Source: Antedon mediterranea
Taxonomy: Eukaryota; Animalia; Echinodermata
DNA length: 64,000 nt
Direction of reading: 5' to 3'
NCBI RefSeq assembly: GCF_964355755.1
Contig: NC_092680.1
Location: 868,001 to 932,000, forward strand
Part shown: piece by piece, positions 37,701 through 52,002 of the stretch
How positions within the stretch are numbered: the first letter of the stretch is position 1
Layout of the letters: every line of letters starts with the position of its first letter
The notes under the pieces: model-generated
The model's database searches: none
What the model saw: the letters and a program-made list of their open reading frames with translations, nothing else
Told to the model about the DNA's origin: nothing
Program-made: the position numbers and the translations under genes

Positions 37701-40700
37701 TAAAAATCAGTTTGATTAGCAATATTGCTAAACAAAATTTTTAAATAAAATTTTTCCTAATGGCATATTCAACAACATACATTTAAAAATTATTTTTTCG
37801 GGGGGAGACAATACATTTTTAAGAACTAGAAATTTCATACATTATTTCATTTGAATTACAATATGGTGAAGGTTGACATAACAAAATAATTAGTTAGTCC
37901 TTTAATCTTTAGGATGCTTTTGGGGTTTTGTGAAGTAGTTCAATAATAATACTTATATTTATTGGTATGCACTGAATCTTTTAGTAAACGCACTCACTAA
38001 TGTTATGTCCAGAATGTCCTCAACATAAAATATGCACAGTAATAAAACTACTATTTTAATTCCTCAGATACCGTTCCAGGTAAACCAACCAAAGTTCAAC
38101 TACGATTAGGTAAGTATAGTAGCTTCTAATAGATAGCTCTTGTGTCATCTTCTGAAAGCAACATTATCAATTATTGTATTTAAATTGTCATTGCAATATT
38201 AGATGGAATTAATCTGAATAGCATTATTATTTTTTTAAAAAAGAATTCTTATACTACAGTTTCTTGTGATGAAAAATTACAAATCAGTTTTGAAAATGTA
38301 ATTTTTCTCTAATAATATTCTGTGCCTTCAATAGTTGTAAGGAACTTACTTACTTGGGGTTAGTTAGAGCCCCTATTTATAATCTATTACAATACATACA
38401 TCAGGTGCACTAATAGTTATGTGGTAAACACCGTTAATCTCTATCTATACTATTATTATTATTATTTATTATTTTATTTTATTAATTTTAGCAACATTAA
38501 AACAATACATAAACTTTAAGTGTGCCAAGGAGTGGCAAAAGAGGTTGAAGGACCACTGTCGCCATACTGCGTGCCACACCAGCACTCAAAGCATACATTA
38601 AAACATAAAAAAATGTAAATATGTAATATTAATACCATAATTATATACATTAAAGAGGCATAGTATTTTAAAAGTGGTCCATCAAATCAAATTAGTTTGG
38701 CAAAAAAGGTGTGATGTGCCCAAATATGGTAGTGATATGACATCATCATGACCATATATGGGCACATCAAATTTTTTTGTCACATAGGGTTTGATAGTGT
38801 AGACAGAGCTGTACTCTAGCATTCCTAAAATAAATACCCAGTAAACTTTTTAAATAAATAAATTATATTTATGGACAAATTGCAACGTACATTTCAAACC
38901 TTTTACATTTTTAAACATGTCATTCTGTAGTAAATTGTTGAATAAAATGTTCTAATGTGTATATATTATTTGTCTTGTTTACAGTAACCTTAAGTCACGC
39001 CATACCATTTATTGGATTTGGTTTCCTAGATAATGCAATTATGATTATGGCTGTGAGTATCAAATTTATATTTATTTAAAAATACTAAATAAGCTAATTT
39101 TAAGGGTTTTTTTTTAAAGAAAAGATTGTAGTTTTTGGTATCTATAAATTATGCTTAATTCTGAGGTGACACACTGCAAAAATATTAACTGTCTCTCAGG
39201 GTCTGTTTCTGCTGAAAAAATGAAAATAATCGATTTTTTCCAGTCACCGCAAACCACAAAAATAATCGCGTTGCAATTGAAAATTGCTACGACTGTAATC
39301 GGTTATTCAGGTAATCGGTTTTTAAAATTACGTCATCATTCTCCCACAGCGCAGTTCAAGTTATGAAAGGCCGATGAGAGTTGGTTTGTTTATACCCTAT
39401 CGCTGCCTAAAACTCTCACATGTAGGATTAAAAATTACTCTTACGTAAAGCTATATTATTTTTAAAATAAACATCTAGGCCTACTACCGTACCACATACA
39501 ACAGAATAATGATGTTATATTAATAAGGACACGTCGGCAAAAAAAGTTCGTTTCGCCGTTCGTTGGTTCTACCTTCGGTTGGTTCTACCGAAACAAGTCA
39601 ACAAACAGGCCTAAAAAATGACATGTAAAACATCGTTAGCCTGGACTGGTGGTATGTAACGGGTGTATTGTAACACAGAATCCTGGAGTCTCTCGGTATA
39701 ATTCTTCCACACAAAATAATAAAAATCAAATGTTTAACATTTGATTGTTATTCGGTCTACATCGCGATCGTGGTTTTGCTGATCGTCGTCGTCGATATCG
39801 CGCAAATAAACAGCATGCTTTGTGACGTGAATAAGTTTGTCATACTCTAGAGGTCAAAGTGAGGTCAATAATCGCTATTTGTGTTGCAGCTCAAAACTGC
39901 TCCGCAATAATCGGTTAAAACAAGAAATAATCGATTAAAACACGCAATGGATTGAGTGTTTTTAATCGGTTATTTTTAATCGGTTATTTTATTTTGCGCC
40001 GTTTCTGCTGCCCAAAAATAATCGATTAAAAAAATAAACGGTTAATAATCGATTATTTCTGCTCAGCAGAAACAGGCCCTCACAGATAGAATTGTAGATT
40101 TAATGACAGTATTGAATGGTAGTGTTCCATATTTTTGTCTATCATGATAAAATGGTTTTTGATTGCAATTTTTAAATTTTGTTGCTATGCTAGCTTTTCC
40201 CACACCTTCGTTGCTATGCTAGCTTTTCCCACACCTTCGTTGCTATGCTAGCTTTTCCCACACCTTTGTTGCTATGCTAGCTTTTCCCACACCGTTGTTG
40301 CTATGCTAGCTTTTCCCACACCTTCGTTGCTATGCTAGCTTTTCCCACACGTGACCTTTGTTGCTATGCTAGCTTTTCCCACACCTTCGTTGCTATGCTA
40401 GCTTTTCCCACACCTTCGTTGCTATGCTAGCTTTTCCCACACCTTTGTTGCTATGCTAGCTTTTCCCACACCGTTGTTGCTATGCTAGCTTTTCCCACAC
40501 CTTCGTTGCTATGCTAGCTTTTCCCACACTTTTGTTGCTAGCTATGCTAGCTTTTCCCACACCCATTGATATTGTAATTACATAGTATTTTGTTGTGATC
40601 TATGTTTATGAGGATAAAAGACTGAATTATCAACCCTTTAAAAAAATTATAAATAGTTACTCTATAGTATTCACTCATTTCCTTTATTTCGGATCAGAGT

Positions 40701-43700
40701 ACATCCATACAAATCATACAAAACAAAAAGAGAAACAAATTTCACCAGGAAATTAACTATTAGTATTAGCAAATTCCACAAATCCAACTTAAATCTTAAA
40801 ATAAAATATAAGTATAAGCAAAATGTTCCCTATTTGATGACTGACTACTTTTAATATTTTTATATTTTAGGGGGATTACATTGATTTAAAAATAGGTACT
40901 GCTCTTGGGATCTCTACAATGGCAGGTAATATTTTATTTACTAAATTCTCTTTTCAATTTTGTTAAAATTTAAAATCATTTGAAAATAAGGTGACATAAA
41001 ATAGCCAAGCCATCGATCCGTTAGCTTGGTTCCCACTATGACACAGTGCAATGCTTGTCATGTGACCAATCACAAGCGATGGAGTATCTAAACTGATCAA
41101 CTTGCTTACGTTGCATTTTTGTCTTTGCGTTGTATTCAAGTGTGAACTAAGCCTTAATCAGAACATCTCTCAAATGCTAAAGTATACATAAACTTAATTA
41201 GTGGACTGGCTTGTTACATTTGTTGTTGAGACAGTAATACAAATTAAGAATCAATTGATTTAAAGAAGTGTTTAAAAGTGTGCGCCTTATTTAACATGTC
41301 AATGTGGAGTCATTAAGATTACATATTTCTCCATGGTCTTAAGCTCTGTCTACACTATCACACTTTATGCGACAAAAAATGTTATGTGCCCATATATGGA
41401 CACGATGATGTAATATTACTACCATATTTGGGCATATCACTACCATATTTGAGTACATCACATTTTTTTGTTCAAAATAATTTGATAGTGTGGACAGAGC
41501 TTTAAAGAGTAAATGTAATATTTATTGAATATTACTGTACATACATAATCATTGGATTTATTGACACATTCAAACCAGTATCTTTATTATATTAAAACGC
41601 ATTAAAAAAATTATGTTTTTTCCCTTTAAAGCGGCTGGATTTGGCAATCTAATATCAGATATTGCAGGATTAGGGTAAGTATATAATACTGCCCTCTATA
41701 GGCATTTCAATTTGAAGATTCAAAGTATAATTGACATAATCAGTGGTGGATTTAGAGTGAGTCTCTTCTCGGCACAAACTGCTTTATAGTTTTGGCTTTT
41801 TAAAAAACGTTAAAAGTTCAATGAAAAAAGAATAACTGTAAACTTTTGCAGAAGTCTATAGACAAAGTTTAATAATATAGCATATATTTTGAATAACATT
41901 TTTATCTATTATGAAATTTTATGATTGATAATCTTAGTATATCACTTATAAATCCAACTTTGATAATCCTTTTAGGAAATAATAATTGTTATATAATAAT
42001 TATTATGACAGGTGCATATATTGGATGATAATGGTTATAAGGGGCTTTGAAGGAAACTATTGATAATACATAGATACAAAAACATTTTGTGACCTTTGTT
42101 TAGATGGTTTTAACAAAACATAAAACTCGCTTAGGATTTCATTTAATTTTAATGGGCATAGATTTCAGGGTCGTTAAATTGGGTATTTGTATTTATTTTG
42201 TGTATTTAGGCACATGTGGCCAAGGATTATCATTAATGAATAAATCACTGTCCTATCAAATAGGCAGGTAATTATTTTGTTTTGTGTACCAGTTTACTGG
42301 AGCAACCCCCTACTTGTCTAATGATGAACTGGGTTATTTATAGTACACACAGGCAAATTGTGTACACTGGACCTATGGCTTATAATCCTTTTCCAAGAAG
42401 ATCAACTAGGAGCATGTCGACCTCGAACCCATGCCGATATTGTTGGCTGTTTAGGTACGGTAAACAGTGTCCATGTCTTAATCTCTCGCCGATATTGTTG
42501 GCTGTTTAGGTACGGTAAACAGTGTCCATGTCTTAATCTCTCGCCGATATTGTTGGCTGTTTAGGTACGGTAAACGGTGTCCATGTCTTAATCTCTCACC
42601 GATATTGTTGGCTGTTTAGGTACGGTAAACAGTGTCCATGTCTTAATCTCTCGCCGATATTGTTGGCTGTTTAGGTACGGTAAACAGTGTCCATGTCTTA
42701 ATCTCTCGCCGATATTGTTGGCTGTTTAGGTACGGTAAACAGTGTCCATGTCTTAATCTCTCGCCGATATTGTTGGCTGTTTAGGTACGGTAAACAGTGT
42801 CCATGTCTTAATCTCTCGCCGATATTGTTGGCTGTTTAGGTACGGTAAACAGTGTCCATGTCTTAATCTCTCGCCGATATTGTTGGCTGTTTAGGTACGG
42901 TAAACAGTGTCCATGTCTTAATCTCTCGCCGATATTGTTGGCTGTTTAGGTACGGTAAACAGTGTCCATGTCTTAATCTCTCGCCGATATTGTTGGCTGT
43001 TTAGGTACGGTAAACAGTGTCCATGTCTTACTCTCTCGCCGATATTGTTGGCTGTTTAGGTACGGTAAACAGTGTCCATGTCTTAATCTCTCGCCGATAT
43101 TGTTGGCTGTTTAGGTACGGTAAACAGTGTCCATGTCTTAATCTCTCGCCGATATTGTTGGCTGTTTAGGTACGGTAAACAGTGTCCATGTCTTAATCAC
43201 TCGCCGATATTGTTGGCTGTTTAGGTACGGTAAACAGTGTCCATGTCTTACTCTCTCGCCGATATTGTTGGCTGTTTAGGTACGGTAAACAGTGTCCATG
43301 TCTTAATCTCTCGCCGATATTGTTGGCTGTTTAGGTACGGTAAACAGTGTCCATGTCTTAATCTCTCGCCGATATTGTTGGCTGTTTAGGTACGGTAAAC
43401 AGTGTCCATGTCTTAATCTCTCGCCGATATTGTTGGCTGTTTAGGTACGGTAAACAGTGTCCATGTCTTAATCTCTCGCCGATATTGTTGGATGTTTAGG
43501 TACGGTAAATAGTGTCCATATCTTAATCTCTCGGAGTATAATTACAGAGACATGAAATCAATGTGTTTGTGTTTTAAGACATTGAACTATTATGTGACAT
43601 TAAAATGGCACATTCAACAAAAAATAAAAAATTAATTTTAAGGGGACAATATATCTTTAACTTTTCATATCCAAAAGATTAGATTAGATTTTTTTATTAC

Positions 43701-46700
43701 TGCCCTCTATAGTTTCATTATGTTCCTGAAGTCGTAATTGCACACCAAGATGTACAACTTAATTGTGTTTTTTAGTAAAGTTTGATTGTGAATATATTTA
43801 AGAGTGAATTGTTTATGTGAATATTAGGTAATTTTAAAACAAAATTATTCGCCTCTTGCATAAATTGTATAGTGAGCAATTTGTAGTGATTGATGGCTGA
43901 TGGAAAATGTTTGGTTTTGTTCAAATACTGCCACTGGGTATTGTTGTTTGCCCTATCGAAAATCAATAGGGCTTTTACGGTATAATATTGTTAAAATAGG
44001 ATTGGATAGCGAAGTACGCCAACTACAGGTGCCACTTCTGAGTATGTTTGCCCTATTGCTTTCTTAACGAATATCAATAGGGCTTTTACGGTATATTGTT
44101 AAAATATGATTGGATATCGACTCTTTAACACCTTTGGCTATGTACGCCAGAACAGCTAATAATGTAATAACAATTTATATAGCGCACATATCCACTAAAA
44201 GTGCTCAAGGCGCTAAAAGGCGCTAAAGGTGTTTTCCCCGATGCCACTACTAAGTAAATTTGTGCACACTTTCTACTAACAGAGCATTTTTTTTTTCCAC
44301 TGTGACTACTAAAGCTTTGTCTACACTATCAAATTTTATGTGATGTGCCCATATATGGACATGATGATGATATCACTACCATATTTAAGCATATCACTAC
44401 CATATTTGGGCACATCACACTTTTTTTGTCAAACTGGTTTGATAGTGTAGACAGAGCTTTAGTTTTCTTTTCTTTAATGCCAAACAGCCTGCATCTACTA
44501 CAGGCCACTACTGCTGCCCCGGATTGTTCTTCCTTTGTCTTAAGACTACAACAGAGCATTTCTATTCTATTTCAGTTTATCCTAAATATATGTGACACCT
44601 GGATTGTAATAATAGTTAAAGAATCTGCCCTTGGCACTTGTTGCAGACAAAAAGAAGTTTATATCACAAATGTTCCAGTCACTCTTATCCTGTAACTTAT
44701 TACAATTCCTGGAAAGTTTATTTAACTATATTTATCCTGGGTGTTGGTGCGGACTTACAGTATTTATCCTGGGTGTTGGTGCGGACTTACACTATTTTTT
44801 TATTACCTCCCAAGGTCGTTTTTCTTTATTTTTATTTTCAATACTTTTACTAGGATAATCCTTCCAACATGTGTCTTGTAAATCCTTCCATCCATTGTCA
44901 TCCAATTACTGTCTATATCCTCTATTGACTAATTTGTTGTAGTAGTATGTCTATCATCACTTGACATTTGAACTTCTCTTTAATTATGTATTAAAATAAC
45001 TCCCTAAAAAGATTAAACCCTAAATTATTTTGCGTATAATAATCTGAAACAAGCATCTGCTCTTTGTAACATAGCGCCCTCTAAAACTTACTACATATAT
45101 TTTTCTGTGTACCAATAATGTAATCCATTAGAGGCGCACAGTGAGTGCCCTTTATTTTGTGTCATTCCTAATCATCCAATGTCATAACAAAATGATAAAA
45201 GAAACACATTTTCCGCACTGCTAAAGCCCACTGCTAATCCCAGATTGTTAAAGAAGAGAGTTTGTGTTTGACCGGTGAAGAGTCAAATTAATTGTTTCAT
45301 ATATAATAATTTTACTCTACTCTGGTTTGACAGTCAATATACTATATCCACTGTTACAAATTACATATTTACTTCACTAGTCTATTGTAGTAACGTATTC
45401 TAAAATACAAGGCCATTAGGATTTTAAAATTTTGATGCAATAAATACCAAAACAAAAGAACAATTTACTATGCTGTGCAGGTATTGTATTGTATGCAGGT
45501 ATTGTATTGTATGCAGGTATTGTATTGTATGCAGGTATTGTATTGTATGCAGGTATTGTATTGTATGCAGGTATTGTATTGTATGCAGGTATTGAAGACT
45601 TTTCCAAGTAAAAGCATTCGTTAAACATATTAAAACCGATGTACAATTAACAACACAATCCTACTAGTCACACCCCATGCTGGACAGCTTTCTTTCAAGG
45701 CTGAAATTGCAGAAAAAAATTAAAAACAAAATTTGAACAAGGTGAGGCTGGAATCAGATCAGAAGAACAACAATTACGCTATTTTTATAAATGTTTGCAA
45801 TACAACTTGCAATTTACCCGTCCAAAAATGATCATGATTATGACCTCATTACGACATGATTGCCAATGATTACCGAAAACAGCATTTTGTTTGAGTAAAA
45901 AGAAATTTGCCAAAAAAAAAATTTATTAAAAAAAATATATATTCCGTTCTAGCAGAACAGATAAAAGGATTTAAAAGGTGTCCCATCTTAAATAGCGTTG
46001 AACGGTCATTCAGGTGTGTATGAGCTTGGCATTAGGAAGTATTAGTAATTGGTTTGGTAATTTGTTTTGGCCTAACCCAACATAACTGTACTTTGTAACT
46101 CAAAATGTACTCATTGTAAAATGATGTCGAACCTAATGAGCTTTTTGTAACATTTTGAGATTTTGTGGAAGACAGAGGAAAAGTTTTCCATCACCTAAAT
46201 TCAAACCGAGCCTTTAACATGGCCTAGCCCTTAATTTTGAACATTACATGTGTTTAAAGTTTGATCCTTTGAATGTGATTCTTGCAGGAAAATTGTGAAT
46301 GCGGTATTGTTATTAATATCCCATAATATAAAATAAACTTTACTGAATTATATAATTTTATCTTATTTTATCATCTACTCACAAAACAACTGAAACTGTA
46401 CAATGTTGATTATGTTTTTTTGTGAATAACTAAAGATCAAATCAACTTTTATTTATTCCATATAAAAAAAAAATATCCTCATGATTAAAAATAATGAGTA
46501 GCAAAAGCGATTTCAGAGATGATAAGGCATACAAATAAGAAAAAGAAGAAAGAGGGCAATACTCAGATTTGACATGACTTGTAGTACCTACTCTAATATA
46601 AGAATAATAATGTAACGAGTGTTTAGAATATACAAAGAATGAACATGTGATATGGAGAGAAAAATGAAATTTTTGAAATAGATAAGTTTCTTTGTGTCTA

Positions 46701-48563
46701 GTCAATGTATTTGCAGCTTTTGTTCCGATAATATGCAGGCAGAAGAAGTTGGAAGAAAAACAAGTGCTAGCTGCCAGCATCTTTGCCCCAGCTATTACAC
46801 TATGTGTATCATAAAATGTTATAGCACTATTTTATTGACTCTTGTCACAAAAAAACCAACAAAAAATTACACCAAGGTTCATCTTTTGCTGTTTTTAAAC
46901 AATGATGACGAACGATTGATTAGTTTCAAGTCCTCTTTGTCTTTAGTATGTTGTTGTGAGGCATGCTGGGATAATAACCACAACTACTTGTTGCAAGTTT
47001 ATATTTGTCTGGAAAAATCCTTAATTTTTAAAATTTTTGAAAACTCATTTATAGTTGAAAGTTATCCATGACAATATCATATTGTTTGCATGTTATGCTC
47101 TGTCTACACTATCGAACTAGTTTGATAAAAAAAGTGTTATGTGCCCAAATATGGTGGTGATATTCCCAAATAAGGTAGTGATATGACATCAACATGTCTG
47201 CATGTTAAGCTCTGTCTACACTATCAAACTAGTTTGATAAAAAAGGTGTTATGTGCCCAAATATGGTGGTGATATTCCCAAATAAGGTGATGATATGACA
47301 TCATCATGTCCATTTTCTTGTTTTATCACTTGCCATTTTGTTTTTGTTACTTTTGTCTTTTGGACGTGAATAAATGTTCCTTGAATTGAATTGAAATTGA
47401 ATTGAATTGAATTGAATTGAATATATGGGCACATCACATGTTTATTAGGTTTTCTGTACACCATGTGTTTCCCAAAAGAAATAACATTGTTAAGAATATC
47501 TCATAGAAACACATAGGGTACCACAAACCTAACTTTACTATGTAAATTGTTAATGTTTATTAAAGCAGTTTTGTTTAAATGTATCATTTTATAGACTAGC
47601 TGGGTATGTTGAAGCGTTAGCAATCAAACTAGGCATTCCAATGCCGCAACTAACACCAGACCAATTTGATATGGTGTCTACAAGATGGGCTGCATATTCT
47701 GTAAGCAAATAAATACATTTGTAATTGGATAATGTGCATGTTACTAACCCAAACCCCAACCAACGGCTTAATGTTCCATCTAAAGAGCTGTGTAAATCAT
47801 TCATCCGATTCTTAGTACTATACTGTATCTCTACCTGTGACAGTATTTGTTCAGTATTAATTTCTTGGATAAGGCGTCACAAGTGCATCACATTGCAGGT
47901 GCGGATTTAGGTTGGGGCTAAACATGCTTTAGCCCCTCCAAAAAAAATGTCTTTTTACCTCTTTTTTAATCAAATCATTACGCATTGAACACAAGTCAAA
48001 ACAAAACACCGTCGATCAAACAATTGACGGTTCCAAACAAAACAAAACACCGTCGATCAAACAATTGACGGTTCCAACACAGAACATGTGTATCTCTAAC
48101 ATTATCATTTTGCTAATTGCTGCGCGGGGGTTGCCCTTTATCATGAATGATTTAAGAGTACCATTTCCGACCATGTAGAGTATCATTTACCTAAATTCGC
48201 TTCGCCACAGGCCCCACCATGGCTCAAATATTTAGATCCAGTATCTCCAAATTTGTTTGATACTGGACAAATTCAGATGCAGTACCGAGAATCGGCTCAT
48301 TGTTTTCTTTAAAGACAAAGTAATACAGGCAAGTTTCTGTTTTTAAATTCAAAAGTCATCACTATGTTATCCAATAATTCGTTGGCATTAATAATTTTAA
48401 TTTACCTAGATGATAAAATGTATGAATACGTGCTTATGTTTAATGTTTATTTTTTCAGGGTAAAGCTATAGGTATCATCATCGGCTGCCTTCTTGGTATG
48501 TTCCCGTTACTTTTCCTCGAAACAAGGAATAACGAAAAAGCAGATCCATCGCATGGTAGTTGA
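34742..48563 (+). CDS. TMEM65: Transmembrane protein 65 (mitochondrial inner membrane)
   Basis: Exons 34742-35072, (35405-35452 possible cassette), 38068-38109, 38985-39052, 40871-40925, 41632-41674, 47595-47700, 48459-48563. Translation gives AIPFIGFGFLDNAIMIMAGDYID...GISTMAAAGFGNLISDIAGLGLAGYVE...GKAIGIIIGCLLGMFPLLF, with an R-rich transit-peptide-like N-terminus. Confidence 0.94.
35798..36114. mobile_element. MITE family B copy with an internal 68-bp x3 amplification
   Basis: tta-aggccaatttacacag...ctgtgtaaattggcct-tta; units at 35873, 35941 and 36009. Confidence 0.85.
36580..37232. repeat. 25-bp minisatellite, about 25 copies, with no G on the + strand
   Basis: Unit aaacacaccattcatacaacataca. 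Confidence 0.95.
39198..40080. mobile_element. Non-autonomous DNA transposon (about 880 bp) with 18-bp TIRs and subterminal TAATCG(A/G)TT repeats
   Basis: agggtctgtttctgctga ... tcagcagaaacaggccct; clustered aataatcgatt/taatcggtt motifs near both ends; TSD unclear. Confidence 0.75.
40181..40563. repeat. 29-bp minisatellite, 13 copies, each containing TTCCCACA
   Basis: Unit gttgctatgctagcttttcccacaccttc. Confidence 0.95.
41342..41501. mobile_element. MITE family A copy
   Basis: Both TIRs present, TTA/TTA flanks. Confidence 0.85.
42432..43532. repeat. 55-bp minisatellite, about 20 highly homogeneous copies, in a TMEM65 intron
   Basis: Unit gccgatattgttggctgtttaggtacggtaaacagtgtccatgtcttaatctctc. 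Confidence 0.95.
44313..44458. mobile_element. MITE family A copy
   Basis: Both TIRs present. Confidence 0.85.
45477..45594. repeat. 18-bp tandem repeat, about 6.5 copies
   Basis: Unit caggtattgtattgtatg. Confidence 0.9.
47096..47440. mobile_element. Tandem partial MITE family A copies, the second interrupted by a (TTGAA)n-tailed insertion
   Basis: Two left TIRs; MITE sequence catgtccat|atatgggcacatcac split by about 110 bp ending AATAAA...(ttgaa)n. Confidence 0.7.
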
Positions 48564-50745
48564 TAAGGGTAATAATACTCCAAGGAAAAGACAACTTGTT
48601 TTAGTGAATGTGATGAAATAGAGTAGAAGGTTCTGAATGGGTTTTTGGGTTGTTGACATTTGTCCACTCACTTTGTAGCAAGGTGCACAAAACCATTGCT
48701 GTGTTTTTAGATTGTTAATGAATCAAGTAATTGGTGATGTTTGTATGTGATAAACCTTTGATGTTGTCATATTATAGATGTTGGTTTTGGACTCATCTTT
48801 ACAGGTGCATTTGTTATTATAATTTCAAAGATTTTTTTTAATCAAGTAAGGGCTAACATATAATATTAATAGTCTGTCAAAACTAGCTATCAAAAGGTAT
48901 TTCATAAAGTCATTTTAGCTTTAAAAAAAAATGGATCTTCCCTTGCTTGGTTATGAACAAAGTTGTATGCTCTTTAGCTGAAATATATACTTATTCTCAA
49001 TCAAACCATACTATGTGGTTTAACTGTCTGTTAACTGCAGTAGATTCTCACTATTTACTCACTCAGGTTTAACATTTCGGTCTCTGTTTAATTTAAGTGA
49101 AGTTAAGTGTCTAAAATAATTTCTCAATGGCTGAAGCAGGTTTCATATTTTCAATCTCATTCCATATTTTCAATGGATGTTCTACAGTTTGTAGGTTTGC
49201 ACATTGTCTATCTTTACTTGGAATGAATTGGTATAGTTTGGCTAAATGGATGCATGTCTGAATTCCTAAGTGGTTCTAGTGACAATTGCCGCTTGTTGGA
49301 CTGTTATTGATTTCTCATCACTTTTTATAGGCATTCAGCATGATTTTGCTCTAGTTTTGCTTCTTTTTGTAAAATATTTTACTAATCCTAAACATAATAT
49401 TCAATATTTGAAGAAGACTTTTATTATACAGTATTTCCTTTTGAAATTGAATTGTAAAAAAACGTCTTTAAATATGTCACGAAAGTTGAAAAGCTGCTGC
49501 TGTACTTTTACAGACTTGATTACAAAGAGGTTGATTGGATGTGATTGGTCATGTGTCCTGTTGTCAGACATTAAAAAAAGAATGTCATTTTACAGCTGTC
49601 TTTTTTTTATAACAGGCTTACTTATATTAGAACAATGACCATAACCAATGTTAGATCCCATTTATTCCATAAAACTGAACCATGTTCAAACACATCAATA
49701 GATGTTGACTTACTTTATACAAACAAAGTTAGCGTTAGAAGACGGTCAATTTCTGAACTTTCTGAAAATAATGTTTATACTTCTTAGGCCATTTATTTAC
49801 ACAGCACATAGGCCTATTCCCTATATACAGGAATTGAATAACTACTTGTAGTAGCTTTGCATCAGGGAACTAAGTTAATTTTCTTAAGTTCATACAATAA
49901 CAGTGATATTTTCACCATCCAGTCACCACAATCTTGAACTGCACAGTTCCAGTGTTGTGTAGATCTTTGTTATATATTTGTGATAGATACAAACTGTAGT
50001 TCTGTTTTATTTTTACATACACAAATTCGGCACCTTTATTTAAAAACTTAAAACTTTTCTTTTTAATTAATTACTAAATATTGTTAGGCTCTTTGTTCTG
50101 TAGAGTGCCATATAAAACCTTGTAGAGAATAGAATACACATCTGAATGTGCTAGTCTCCATATTCAAGATGTAGTCTTTCAAATAAATTTCGTTCCTGCT
50201 AATTCATTCCTGAGTAGTTTTTCTGGACCTTGCGTTGCTGCTTATCAGACTGTTAAACGATTTGCATTTGGTGTGTAAAATTAAAATATATTTGGGATAC
50301 ACAATATAGACTGAATGATTAAGGTAATAGAACCCCACTGCCAAAGACTTTGTTTATATAGAACATTTTGTGTATATGGTTTTTCCTGTGAACATGTCAA
50401 CAGAGAGAGATATTATATGAATTTATTTATTGTTATCCTTTGAAATTTGCCTAAATATATAAAATCAAAACTTAAACATACATTATTGTATCTTGTGACT
50501 TAACTAAGTAACGGCTTAAGTTAAGTATGGAAATGTTGTTATATTAAAAGTGTTTGTTTCTGTCTTGTTAGCAACTCAGGGAATGTAATGCTGTATTAAC
50601 TGAGTACTTAAGACAATTTAATTCTTAGTTCTTGTTTTTTATTTTTTTAGATTAAAATAATTTATCACTAAACTAGTTAGCACGAGTAAATGAATCGGGC
50701 AAGTAAGCTTAAGAGGTGACAAAAGCTGCCAAAAACATACCTGTT

Positions 50746-50925
50746 GAAATAGACATGCCACTCCCAACAATAAATAGACATGCCACTCCCAACAATAAAT
50801 AGACATGCCACTCCCAACAATAAATAGACATGCCACTCCCAACAATAAATAGACATGCCACTCCCAACAATAAATAGACATGCCACTCCCAACAATAAAT
50901 AGACATGCCACTCCCAACAATAAAT
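50746..50925. repeat. 25-bp tandem repeat, about 7 copies
   Basis: Unit aaatagacatgccactcccaacaat. Confidence 0.92.
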
Positions 50926-51106
50926 CAAACAAAAAATATAATTTATATAGTTCTTATCAATTTCAAATTTTGTTCTATGATAGTTAAGAGTTATTGACAC
51001 GCACATCACAGTCCATTATTATTTTCATTTATTTTCATTTATTTATTCCACATTTATTTATTCAATTACATCATAATTGCAATACAACTGATAACAAGGA
51101 TCCAGC

Positions 51107-51501
51107 ATAAAAAAGCTGTAGCTTCGTTTTTTGTAGGACCCTTTATTACATTATACATAATGTAATAAAAAGCTGTAGCTTCGTTTTTTGTAGGACCCAT
51201 TATTACATTATACATAATGTAATAAAAAGCTGTAGCTTCGTTTTTTGTAGGACCCTTTATTACATTATACATAATGTAATAAAAAGCTGTAGCTTCGTTT
51301 TTTGTAGGACCCATTATTACATTATACATAATGTAATAAAAAGCTGTAGCTTCGTTTTTTGTAGGACCCATTATTACATTATACATAATGTAATAAAAAG
51401 CTGTAGCTTCGTTTTTTGTAGGACCCATTATTACATTATACATAATGTAATAAAAAGCTGTAGCTTCGTTTTTTGTAGGACCCTTTATTACATTATACAT
51501 A
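51107..51501. repeat. 57-bp tandem repeat, about 7 copies
   Basis: Unit ataaaaagctgtagcttcgttttttgtaggaccc(a/t)ttattacattatacataatgta. Confidence 0.92.
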
Positions 51502-51963
51502 AATAAATAATAATAATAAACAATTTTTACATATGCTAGTGATAACTATAATAAAAATAGTATACTTAGAAGTGAAATGAACTCGTAAGATGAAAAGAGT
51601 TTAAAGGTGTACAACGAAAATGTGTATTGCACAGCTCAATAGGAGAAGAACCTATTAGTGAATGTATTATGGCAGAGAACAATAGAACAGCAATAGACTA
51701 GCAATAGATTAACCATTAACTACCGTTAGATACGGTAGAGTAGTTTAAGTATACGAATTGTATTGTGCAATATGAATGTTGTCTGTTGTATGAAAACAAT
51801 TATGTCTTCCTTTAAAAAAACATTTGTGCTTAACGGCAAACTGTTTTTCAAGAAAAAATTATTACATTGTATTACCATCACGATTATCGCGCACTGATTA
51901 TACAGAGCAGAGATGATGACACGTTAATTATATATCAATAGGCCTATACTATTTTATCTCTAT

Positions 51964-52002
51964 CTTATATCATGGACGTAATTTATAGGTCCATTCTTAT
52001 AT
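51964..52002. mobile_element. 25-bp degenerate palindrome between CTTATAT direct repeats; putative excision footprint
   Basis: cttatat-catggacgtaatttataggtccatt-cttatat. Confidence 0.65.

Noticed and set aside
42432-43532. CRISPR-like arrays (also 8985, 36580, 40181, 51107)
   Set aside because: Units are head-to-tail with no unique spacers, there are no cas genes, and the context is eukaryotic.
50639-51500. Repetitive ORFs (CWEWHVY..., MYNVIMGPTK...)
   Set aside because: Translations of tandem repeats with no splice or domain support.
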